In this document: positions 30,791 through 39,899 of the stretch, piece after piece | Layout: each line of letters starts with the position of its first letter | Position numbering within the stretch: the stretch's first letter is position 1 | NCBI GenBank assembly: GCA_034669905.1 | Contig: JAXMOL010000015.1 | Location: 32,001 to 96,000 of the forward strand | Direction: 5' to 3' | Length of the DNA stretch: 64,000 bases | Source: Candidatus Hydrogenedentota bacterium | Lineage (GTDB): Bacteria; Hydrogenedentota; Hydrogenedentia; Hydrogenedentales; JAEUWI01 | Program-made: the position numbers and the translations under genes | The notes under the pieces: generated by a model | Database searches by the model: none | Told to the model about the DNA's origin: nothing | Seen by the model: the letters and a program-made list of their open reading frames with translations, nothing else

Positions 30791-30807
30791 ATGCACAAGC
30801 CGTGCCA
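30791..30807 (-). promoter_or_regulatory. Sigma54 (-24/-12) promoter of the PEP-CTERM gene
   Basis: Minus strand TGGCACGGCTTGTGCAT, GG-N10-GC, 100 nt upstream of the start. Confidence 0.8.
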
Positions 30808-31378
30808 AAAACCACAACCAACAAAAACCCACAATAACACCCACCCTGCCATTTTCAGTGATTCATATATGAATATATCTCATTCTTTTTTGACCTATTG
30901 ACGCTAGCAGACAAAGACAAATATTGTCACCCGTGACTTGTTTTTGCCCATCCATCAAGTAATACATAGCTTCCTTTAGGGGAAGGGGCAAAGAATTCCG
31001 GGGGGCGGAGGGCCGGGTATGCCGTATAATTTGCTATCAACCGTGTAAATACCTTACGGACTCCCCCAATTTCCCAAAATTGGACCCTGGACCGGATCTT
31101 TTTGTTGTTCACTCTTGAACAACTTTGGGCAGGGCAGGTCGTATGGGGGAAGGAGCGGGTAGCATGTCACGCATAGCGGACATATGGACCTTCGGCACAG
31201 GAGCGCGGAGAGCAGGGAAAAACCCGGTCCCATTGCGGCAGAGCGACAGGGAAGCTGCCCGCAGGAGCGTGGCAGGGTAATCAGAGGGGCAGGAGGCGGG
31301 CAGGCGGTTGCCCCGGGGCATCATGAGGGGCTGTGGAGGCCACCATGGTGGCCGGTGGCGGTCAGGTAGATGGGCTAG

Positions 31379-31819
31379 CTATCTACGCTGGGCTTCGAGG
31401 CTGTTGGCGATCCACGCGTTCCCCCGCTCCAATCGGCTGCTGAGGACATCGATCACGTTGAGGAGAAACTGAACGGCATGGGGACTGCTCAGGAGCTGGC
31501 TCACCTCTTCCTCTCCGAACGCCAGAACGTGCACATCCGTTGATGCCCGTGCGGTAGCGGAACGGGGACGATGGTGGAGGGTGGCCATCTCCCCGAAGGC
31601 TTCATAGTCCCGACACTTGGCAATAAACTTGTCGCCGAAATGGATCGATACGACCCCATCCAGCACCACATAGAGATAGCGCCCCGGTTCACCTTCCTGG
31701 AAGATGATGGTGCCCTGGTCAAAGTATTGCTCTTCCCCCATGGCCACCACTTCAGCAATCTGTACACGATCAAGCCCGTTGAGAATGCGTGCCCGTTGTA
31801 ACCGTGCCGTATCAAGCAT
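31379..31819 (-). CDS. Stand-alone cyclic nucleotide-binding domain protein
   Basis: IFQEGEPG, LYVVLDGVV, FGEMA...PRSATARA; no HTH domain. Confidence 0.88.
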   Translation of the reverse strand: MLDTARLQRARILNGLDRVQIAEVVAMGEEQYFDQGTIIFQEGEPGRYLYVVLDGVVSIHFGDKFIAKCRDYEAFGEMATLHHRPRSATARASTDVHVLAFGEEEVSQLLSSPHAVQFLLNVIDVLSSRLERGNAWIANSLEAQRR

Positions 31820-31944
31820 TTTAATTCCTGCCTCCATGTTGAGCGTCGCGTCATTCACGGACAGGCAACGGGCCGCCCCGGTGCCCTGAAAAGGAAACGG
31901 GACGGACAGCGATGATGCCATCCGTCCCGAGAGTGTGCCACAGA

Positions 31945-34824
31945 CTATTGGAGTGTATCCAGAAAGGTTTCCGCTTCATCGGCCTGGGGGAAGTCCAAAC
32001 CGGCGTTCCTGCTCATGGCGAGGGCGTAGCGGACGCGCTTAGCCGCCTCCTCTTTCAGGTCTTTCTGCGCGAGAAGGCGTCCGAAATCATACATGATAGT
32101 CGGGTTAGCGGGGTCGATTTCCGTGGCCCGTCTGAGGTTTTTCTCAGCATCTTCCAGCGCACCGGTTCTCATCTGGGCCAGTCCCAGGGTATGCAGAACC
32201 CCGGCATCACGGGGGCGCTTTTCAGCCGCTATGGCGGCATGGTTCAGGGCCTCTTCGTCATTCCCTCCGGCCAGCAGCAGGGTGTAGGCCAGATTATTCT
32301 GAGCCGCAGCACTTTCGGGGGCAACTTCAACGAGCGTGCGATAATCTGCAACCGCTTTATCGTAATCGCCTTGTTGCTCCATCAGGGCCGCGTGCCGGAA
32401 AATCGCTTCCGGATACTTCGGTCCCACTTCCAGGGCCTTCTTCACCGCATCCGCCTCGCCCTCGGCATCATCCAGGCTCTTATAGATGTTGGCGAGTCCC
32501 AGCCACGAACGGGGGTCGGTCGGAATCGACGCGGCGATGGCCTGCGCCAGTTCCGCTACGTTCTCGACGGAATCCGAACCGGACAGACACTGGTACGCCA
32601 GCTGGGCGAGCGCCAGATGGGCCGCCTGGTCTGCGAGGTGATTTTGATAATAGTCCCAGGCAACGTCGTTGAGGCTGCCATTCAACATGGCCACCACCGT
32701 CGCGTAGGAGGTCAGCAGAGCCGGATCCGCCGCCATGCGTTCGGACCACCCCCGCTCTTCCTCCGACATGGATGCCGTATCGTCACCCAATGCGCCGGCA
32801 AGCAGGGCTCCGAAGAACGGGCCCCCGGCAAGTGGGCGGTTGTCGCCAAGATTCAGGGCATCGCGGGCGGCCACCAGATCACCGGCTTGTACCTGACCGG
32901 CACTGAGCATCAACGCCAGACTATCCCCGCGCTGCTCCGTTGGAATGGACTGGGCGATAGTGATTGCACCGGGCCAGTCGCCATCGAGCACGCGGCAAAC
33001 CGCTAACATGGTCGCACGGGCCTGCATTACGGCAGGTGCCGTCGTATTAATCGCTTCCAGCACGTCTTTGGCCTGGTCACAGTCGCCCAAACGAACGAGA
33101 ACCTGACCCAGGATAGACTGCAGTTCCGGGTCCTCGGGAAAGAGGCTGGTGGCGCGGTCGAGCCATTGCAATGCCAGGGCGGGATCCCCGGTATCGAGAT
33201 AAGCCTGACACAAGTATATATGACTCCACTTTTCCTCGGGGAAAAGGGTATAGCTGGCTTCCGCTGCCCGTCGGGCGGCCTCAAAGGATCCCCCTTCCCG
33301 AAGCGCCGCATAATGCATCTGGTGCGCGTCGATATTATCGGGATACATGGCGATGAGCCGCTGCAGGTTCTGGGCCGCGATCATCGGCTGACGCAGGCGG
33401 CGGAATACCTGGGAAATGTTGAACAAGGCGACCCCGTGTTCGGGCCAGCGCTCCAGACAATAGAGAAAGGCAGAGAGCCCCTGCTCCCGGGAACCCCCGG
33501 ACACCATGGCAAAACCGAGGGCGTTGTCACGCAATAGAATCTCTTCGGTCTCTTCGGCCTTCCAGGTCTCGAAATGAGCAGCCACCTTGGCCGCATCCTT
33601 GGAGAAGAATGCGTCCACATAGCCCCGAACGGGATCCCCTTCCGGCAATCCGGCGGCCAACTCCTGGGACAGGGTTGCATCAAAGCCAAACAGCGCAGCC
33701 AGGCTCAGTACCTGACGGGCTTTGTCTCCCCCTTCGGCCAGATAGGTATCCCGACCGGCTATAAGGCGATTGAGTGCCGCCTGCTTCCAGAGGCCCTGCC
33801 AGGTCACCGGCCCCGCCATGACTTCGTTTTTCGGCATGGTCGTGGCAGAATCTTCGTTCCCCGCGGGAGTCGCGGTACCACCGCTTTCCGCATAGGCCAG
33901 GAGATTCTTTATTTCTGCGACCTCGGGGAGGGCCTGGACCGCCTGCTTGAGAAAGGCCGTGGCTTCCTCATAGTCTCCCGCCTGGGATTTCTGAAAGCCT
34001 ACGATGTAGTTTGCCCAGCCGGACGCAGGATCCTGGGCCAGGATATCCCGCGCCAGGGCTTCCGCCTCGTCGACGCGGTTGGCAAGCAAGAGGCTGCGTG
34101 CATATCCCAGTTTGATCCCTTCATCTTCGGGACGGGCCTCAGCCAGACTGGAGAACTGTTCGACGAGTTCGTCTACCCGTCCCTGCGCACGATACACATC
34201 CACGAGGCCCATGTGGGCCGCGAGGGACATGGAAGAGCCGCTTTCGACCAGCGCCTTGAAGACACCTTCCGCTTCGTCGATTTTACCGCCCTTCAGCAAG
34301 GCCGCACCGAGGTTCAGGCTGATTTCTTCGGACTCTGGAAAGGAAGTGGCCAATTGAGTCAGCTCTTCGATGGCCTCGTCTGTACGACCCATTCGGGTCA
34401 GAATGACGGCGCGCAGGGTACCGCCCTGCTCCGACGACTGGGCCGCGTACTCGGCACTCAGCGCCAGGGCATCTTCCATCCTGTCGGCATCAACCAAGAG
34501 GCGGGCCGGCTCGACGTAGGCCTCATCGAGACTGGGGTCCAGGGCAGCGGTTTCCCGGTAGAGCGCCAGGGCGTCGTCTAATTTATCTTCCGCGGCAGCG
34601 CATCGGGCGAGGCCCAATTTTGCCAAGGGGTTATCGGGATTGGCATCAATGGCGGCCTGGTAGGACGCACGGGCATCGGCAATACGATCTTTTTCCCGAA
34701 ACACGTCTCCGGCCACCCGGGCCTGTTCACTCCGACGGTCACTACACCCCACCGCGACAAATAGCATGCAACACAACATGCAGGGGAGCCCCCACTGCTT
34801 ATACAGTCGATTTAACATATCCAT
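31945..34824 (-). CDS. TPR-repeat lipoprotein (PrsT-like)
   Basis: AVGC lipobox, many TPRs, NNLAY...HTLG terminus; within the exosortase locus. Confidence 0.85.
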   Translation of the reverse strand: MDMLNRLYKQWGLPCMLCCMLFVAVGCSDRRSEQARVAGDVFREKDRIADARASYQAAIDANPDNPLAKLGLARCAAAEDKLDDALALYRETAALDPSLDEAYVEPARLLVDADRMEDALALSAEYAAQSSEQGGTLRAVILTRMGRTDEAIEELTQLATSFPESEEISLNLGAALLKGGKIDEAEGVFKALVESGSSMSLAAHMGLVDVYRAQGRVDELVEQFSSLAEARPEDEGIKLGYARSLLLANRVDEAEALARDILAQDPASGWANYIVGFQKSQAGDYEEATAFLKQAVQALPEVAEIKNLLAYAESGGTATPAGNEDSATTMPKNEVMAGPVTWQGLWKQAALNRLIAGRDTYLAEGGDKARQVLSLAALFGFDATLSQELAAGLPEGDPVRGYVDAFFSKDAAKVAAHFETWKAEETEEILLRDNALGFAMVSGGSREQGLSAFLYCLERWPEHGVALFNISQVFRRLRQPMIAAQNLQRLIAMYPDNIDAHQMHYAALREGGSFEAARRAAEASYTLFPEEKWSHIYLCQAYLDTGDPALALQWLDRATSLFPEDPELQSILGQVLVRLGDCDQAKDVLEAINTTAPAVMQARATMLAVCRVLDGDWPGAITIAQSIPTEQRGDSLALMLSAGQVQAGDLVAARDALNLGDNRPLAGGPFFGALLAGALGDDTASMSEEERGWSERMAADPALLTSYATVVAMLNGSLNDVAWDYYQNHLADQAAHLALAQLAYQCLSGSDSVENVAELAQAIAASIPTDPRSWLGLANIYKSLDDAEGEADAVKKALEVGPKYPEAIFRHAALMEQQGDYDKAVADYRTLVEVAPESAAAQNNLAYTLLLAGGNDEEALNHAAIAAEKRPRDAGVLHTLGLAQMRTGALEDAEKNLRRATEIDPANPTIMYDFGRLLAQKDLKEEAAKRVRYALAMSRNAGLDFPQADEAETFLDTLQ

Positions 34825-34840
34825 GGTCTTCCTTCCCAAT

Positions 34841-35479
34841 TTATTTAATGTTCTCTCGCAAACTCGGAGCCATGCGCAGCGCCAGCTCATCCAGTGCGGC
34901 GAAGGTCCGCTCTTCGGCCTCATCACCTGCTCCCCGAATGGGCATGCTGAGTTTAATCATGGTGGAGGTGGGGGTACCAAATTTCAGTTGCTCTCCCCCC
35001 CAGTAGAGGGCATTCATAAACGGATTACCCGTAAACTTATCTCCTGTCTTAAACCAGTACAGGACGGCTTCTTTCTTGTCTCCCTGGAAAATCACCAGGC
35101 GTTTTGCCCGGAACTCCATCCCGACCGGTGCGGCGTAGGCTTTCTCTACCTCCCAACCTTGCCCGACCAGGCAAACCTCCGGAAAGTGCAGGCTCCGACG
35201 TTTCTGACCGGCATACACCACGGTGACCAACACGGGCAACCCGCTTGGGGAAATATAGTGGCGCATTAGAATGGAGGAGGTTTCCAGAATTCGCCGCACT
35301 TCGTCACCTGGATCAATGTCCTCCCCATATTGACGATAGGGCCCGATGCGGGCAGGTAGATCGAGGTTGGGCGCATCAACATCCGCTGCGGCGGCGGCAT
35401 CCTGTTTTTCCGTAATAATCAAATGCAGGACGGTAGTGATCGTGAAGACGGCAAAGGCTATGAAATAGTGCTTCTTCAT
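34841..35479 (-). CDS. epsI: EpsI-family exosortase-associated protein
   Basis: LHFPEVCLVGQGW, VLYWF motifs; overlaps the exosortase stop. Confidence 0.88.
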   Translation of the reverse strand: MKKHYFIAFAVFTITTVLHLIITEKQDAAAAADVDAPNLDLPARIGPYRQYGEDIDPGDEVRRILETSSILMRHYISPSGLPVLVTVVYAGQKRRSLHFPEVCLVGQGWEVEKAYAAPVGMEFRAKRLVIFQGDKKEAVLYWFKTGDKFTGNPFMNALYWGGEQLKFGTPTSTMIKLSMPIRGAGDEAEERTFAALDELALRMAPSLRENIK

Positions 35480-36402
35480 GAATTCTTGTCCTCCTTGCTG
35501 AGTTCTGGAGCAAATCGCCGAAGCAGGGCCTCTACGCTGAAGAGCATGACAAAGGCAACCGCGAAGATACCGATGCCTGAAACGTCGTGTACCGTACCGG
35601 TCGCGGTTTCACTACCCCACACATAACCAACGATACAGAGAAAGAAAATGCGGGAGACATTGGCCAGAATGGCAATGGCGGGGGACAGCAGGAGAATGAG
35701 AATCTTCGCCCACCACCGCGCTTTGGACATATAGGCCATGAGGGCACCGAAGGCGAGCAGGGCAATCAGGGACCGCATACCGCCACAGACATCGCCAACC
35801 AGAAGTCGGTCGTCGGCACCGAGGTACACATAGGAGCCGTCTTGTACCATGTGGAGTGTCAACAATTGGCCCAGTTTCACCGCCGACTCCGTCGCGAGCA
35901 TCTTGCTCTGAAACGATATGCCGGAAATGATGGAATAGGGCATGGGAATCATGAAGAACAAGAACAACAAGGGAAACCACAGTATCCGAAGTTGCTGACT
36001 ACCCATGAGCACCAGGCACAGACCCGCCAGCACCGGCAGGAGCGCGAGATGCACAAAGGTCATGAAGCCGAGAAAGTCCCCCAGCAACAACATGAGGCAG
36101 CCACCAAACAGAACGGGATACCCCCACCAGGAGGGAACTATCGGTGCCGCCAGCAGGGGAGCGCGGAGTCGCCAGACGAAAAAGAGGCTGATGGGCGGAA
36201 TCAACATCGCATGGGAGTACAAGGACTCTGGGAGATTCCAGTTATGGTAGATGTCGATGAAGGAGCGGGCGAAGGCCAGCCCAACCAGCACCACGGTAAG
36301 GCCCAGCACTGCCAGCACCTGGGTCCGCTTTGTGTTCCAGAAGCGGTCAAGTGTCGGCCTTTGAGCTACCCCGCCAAAGGCGGCTGCCTGACTCTCACTC
36401 AT
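35476..36402 (-). CDS. Exosortase (EpsH/Xrt family)
   Basis: YSHA, FFMIPMP, DVCGGMRS (Cys), NVSRI (Arg), VHD (His); multi-TM. Confidence 0.93.
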   Translation of the reverse strand: MSESQAAAFGGVAQRPTLDRFWNTKRTQVLAVLGLTVVLVGLAFARSFIDIYHNWNLPESLYSHAMLIPPISLFFVWRLRAPLLAAPIVPSWWGYPVLFGGCLMLLLGDFLGFMTFVHLALLPVLAGLCLVLMGSQQLRILWFPLLFLFFMIPMPYSIISGISFQSKMLATESAVKLGQLLTLHMVQDGSYVYLGADDRLLVGDVCGGMRSLIALLAFGALMAYMSKARWWAKILILLLSPAIAILANVSRIFFLCIVGYVWGSETATGTVHDVSGIGIFAVAFVMLFSVEALLRRFAPELSKEDKNS

Positions 36403-39400
36403 TGCTCAGCCCTCGCTTTCAAGATCTCTTCCAGGGCTTCGATACGACCTGCAATCCCGCTGGGCGTATCGGACGCCCCCGAACTGGCCATGCGAAGGTA
36501 CCGCGTAGCACCATCCGTATCGCCGGTTTCGAGGAGTGCCTCGGCCATGGTAATGGCGTCCCGCGCTTCCAGGGCTCCCGTGAGATCACTGAGACGACGC
36601 AGGTCGTTGACGGCCCCCGACGAATCACCACTGCGCTGGCGCAATGCCGCCCGCAAACTGAGATAATGGGGAGCCTCGTTTATCGCAATCGCCTGATCGA
36701 GGTCACCCATCGCCGCCTCGATCCCGCCAGCTGAACGGGAGCGCAGGGCCGCACGCTGATAAAAAACCTGTGCGTCCTGCTGGTTCAGCGACGTGGTTTC
36801 CGCCAGCCGGCCGGCCAGATACCGATCACAGAGTGCGATAGCAACCCCGTCATTTCCCATGCGAACCTGACTATCAATATTGCCAAGCTGGGCCGGCGTA
36901 TATCCGGGCATCAACAGCAGCGCCTGCGTGAAGGCCGATGAGGCCTCGCTCAGGGATTCCTGAGAACCACTACCCAACAATATCTGGCCGAGAAATACCC
37001 ATGGCTCTGGCGAATCAGGGCCTTGCTCATCAATATAGGTCCGGACAAGACGCACTGCCTCGTCATACTGACTCCGTTGCATTAATGACTTTGCGAGGCT
37101 GTTTACCGCGCCATAGTCTGCGGGATTCTCGGCCAACCGTTCGCGCAGGCGTGTCTCCGCCTCTTCATAGTGGCCCGCTTCCAGATCCAGAAAGTCGCGC
37201 AACTCGTCAATCAGGTTTTCTCTGTCCGGACGGGTCGATACCAACTCCGAATAGCGTTCGAACATGTTCTCTGCCTTACGTCGCAGTTGCAGACGGGAAT
37301 AGATCCGCACCAGCAATTGCATCGCGCGTTCATCGTTGGCATCCTGGTTCAGCGCCTGCTCGATAGCGCTCCGGGCGGCATTCATGTCACCAGAACGCAT
37401 CGCCGCATCGGCGATCAGGTGCAAGGCACCCCGGTTTTCCGGGGCGCGCTCCGACACCTCTTCCGCCAATTCCCGTGCACGGTCATACTGACCCCGAAGC
37501 AACGCGACCTCGGCGGCCATAATCCTGGCATCGTCAATGTAGGAGGAGTCCTCGGAAATTTTTTCCACGACAGTAAGAACGGCTTCCAGATTCGGGGGCG
37601 TCTCGCGCAAGAGCTCGCGCGCCTTGAGCACGAGCAGGCCGTCGTGTTCGGGTTCTTCCGCCCTCACCTTTTCCAGCAGCGCTTCCGCCGCCGCTTTATC
37701 CTCCATCAGCAGACGCTGGGCGACAACGATACGTATCCGATTCAACTCCGTTCGCACGTCGTCACGGTCACCCAGTTTTTCTTCTGCAATTGCCAGGCGA
37801 GCCACCGCGGCTTCAACCGACTCATGCTGTAGCGCCAGTTCGATTCCGAGGAGTAGCAAGTCCTGGGCGCCATCGTCGAGATTGTCGAGAGAAATATACC
37901 GGTCCAGTATCTGCTCCGCCGCGGAGTAATAACCCCGCTGGGAGAACCTCAGACTCCAGCGCTTTGCTTCAGCAACATCCGTATCGCTCAACGTTTCATT
38001 CGCCACCGCAACGGCACCCGCTTCGTCGCCCTGAAGCAACAGCAAGTTCGCGCGCAGGAACCCGAAAACGGTCGGGTCGATGCCATGTTTCAAGGCTTCC
38101 GCGATGACGACTTCAACCTTCTCAAAGTCCCCCGATTCGAGATAGAACCCTGCCAGCGCCTGGTGGCCCCGCACTTCGTTCGGACGGACCTTTACGGCAT
38201 GCTGTGCCAGTTGCAGCGCCAATTCCTTGTCACTCTCATCCCCTACCTGCAACAAATCCTGTGCCGTGATAAGCAGGTCATCCAACAGGGCTTCGTCGTT
38301 CCCCAAAAGCCGGTTCGCCTCAATGCGCAATTGCACCACGGACCGATCACGATCGAATGCCCGTGTCCACATTTGCCGGGCCATCGTATCCGTTGGGTTA
38401 TTCCGCATATAGAGTTCCAGCGACACACGGGCTGCCTGCCGGGATTCTTCTCCCGGTATCTGCAACTGAGAAAGGGCAAGATAGTATCGGGAGCGCTGCA
38501 GATTGGGATTCATTTCCACGGCCATGTTGAAGTGATCTCTTGCCGTTTCATACTCGTTCCGGGCGAAGGCCACCCGACCACTCAGGTATTCACCCATGGG
38601 GATCTGGTTGGGATAAGCGCTCAGATAGGTCTCGCGAATCTTGTCGGCCTCCTCCCAATCGCCCTGGGCCAGCAAGACCTCCATCTGAAACAGCATAATT
38701 CCCGGAGCATCAACCCGAATCTGAGGATCCAGGTTGCTGATGTACTCGATAGCTTCATCGCGCCGGCCCAGACGTTCCAGCGCACCCAGATAGTTGAGAT
38801 GAAGATCGGACCGCTTCGGGTCGCGGGCGATGGCCTCTTTGGAAAGGGCGAGCACTTCGTCATGTTTTTCTTGACGGTTCTTCAGGCGCAGCACGGCCAT
38901 CACGACTTCCATATCGGCCTGCGCCACATCGACCGATTCGGGAAGATAGGGAATCGCTTCCTCTACATTTCCATCGTCGATGAGATAATTGGCATAGTTC
39001 GCCGCCACAACCGGGTCATTCGGGTGCGCTTCCAGTTCTCCCTTGAGCAAGGCGACCGCCCGGGAGTCCTGCTCCTGGCCCCGAAGTATCCGGGCCAATC
39101 TCAGCGGAACATCTTCACGGGGCGCATCGGCATTTTCGAGATAGGCCTGGAAAGCCTCAATCGCATCATTCGTCCGGCCTTGCTCATGGATCGAAATTGC
39201 CTGAAGATAGGCCACATCGAGCCGGTCTGGCTCAGCGCGTAATACAGACGAAGCCAGCGAATCCAGGTCGTCCCAGAATTGGTGCCGACGGTAGAATTCC
39301 ATCAACTGATCGCGCCGCTCTCCTCCCGAGGGTGCCTTTTCCATCAGATTATAGTAGGCCTGACCGGCTTCGGTGAGATTTCGTCGACGATTATCGAGCT

Positions 39401-39644
39401 GACTCAAACACAGGTCGGCGTAGCGTTGCAAAATCTCGACGTCATCCGGATTAATATAGAGATATTCCCGAAAGAGACGTTTGGCTTCGCCCACCCTGTT
39501 GGCCGCCGCGGCCTCGTTGGCCAGGGCCAGGTTTTGACCCGCCCGATATTGGGGCCACAAGAAGAAAAATGCGCCAACTGCTGCAACTCCCAAGAGCAGT
39601 AACAGCACGACACCCGTAATTAGGAACCATATTTTTTTGGACAT
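36399..39644 (-). CDS. Large membrane-anchored TPR protein
   Basis: N-terminal TM helix followed by TPR-like helical repeats over 1081 aa. Confidence 0.85.
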   Translation of the reverse strand: MSKKIWFLITGVVLLLLLGVAAVGAFFFLWPQYRAGQNLALANEAAAANRVGEAKRLFREYLYINPDDVEILQRYADLCLSQLDNRRRNLTEAGQAYYNLMEKAPSGGERRDQLMEFYRRHQFWDDLDSLASSVLRAEPDRLDVAYLQAISIHEQGRTNDAIEAFQAYLENADAPREDVPLRLARILRGQEQDSRAVALLKGELEAHPNDPVVAANYANYLIDDGNVEEAIPYLPESVDVAQADMEVVMAVLRLKNRQEKHDEVLALSKEAIARDPKRSDLHLNYLGALERLGRRDEAIEYISNLDPQIRVDAPGIMLFQMEVLLAQGDWEEADKIRETYLSAYPNQIPMGEYLSGRVAFARNEYETARDHFNMAVEMNPNLQRSRYYLALSQLQIPGEESRQAARVSLELYMRNNPTDTMARQMWTRAFDRDRSVVQLRIEANRLLGNDEALLDDLLITAQDLLQVGDESDKELALQLAQHAVKVRPNEVRGHQALAGFYLESGDFEKVEVVIAEALKHGIDPTVFGFLRANLLLLQGDEAGAVAVANETLSDTDVAEAKRWSLRFSQRGYYSAAEQILDRYISLDNLDDGAQDLLLLGIELALQHESVEAAVARLAIAEEKLGDRDDVRTELNRIRIVVAQRLLMEDKAAAEALLEKVRAEEPEHDGLLVLKARELLRETPPNLEAVLTVVEKISEDSSYIDDARIMAAEVALLRGQYDRARELAEEVSERAPENRGALHLIADAAMRSGDMNAARSAIEQALNQDANDERAMQLLVRIYSRLQLRRKAENMFERYSELVSTRPDRENLIDELRDFLDLEAGHYEEAETRLRERLAENPADYGAVNSLAKSLMQRSQYDEAVRLVRTYIDEQGPDSPEPWVFLGQILLGSGSQESLSEASSAFTQALLLMPGYTPAQLGNIDSQVRMGNDGVAIALCDRYLAGRLAETTSLNQQDAQVFYQRAALRSRSAGGIEAAMGDLDQAIAINEAPHYLSLRAALRQRSGDSSGAVNDLRRLSDLTGALEARDAITMAEALLETGDTDGATRYLRMASSGASDTPSGIAGRIEALEEILKARAEQ

Positions 39645-39899
39645 AACTTCCCCTGCGGTTTTAACAACACACCCACTATCTGATTGGGATGGTGGCTGTG
39701 GCCGAGCCGGATTCAGCGACCGGGCATCTCTTAACTACCTTGACCGTGTCTCCACCGCGCAACGCGGAGACGTCTCACACACAATACTGCTTCATTCTCA
39801 GGGCAACTGTCACAGGGACATTCGGGTACGACCCGAGCGCTTTGCACTTACTGGTTCCCGATCGGGCGCAAACAGGGCGCCGTGACGCGCGCACCAGAC

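Noticed and set aside
31043..31059. GTGTAAATACCTTACGG as the activator's enhancer site
   Set aside because: Imperfect palindrome with no clear match upstream of the second sigma54 promoter; cannot be supported without more sites.
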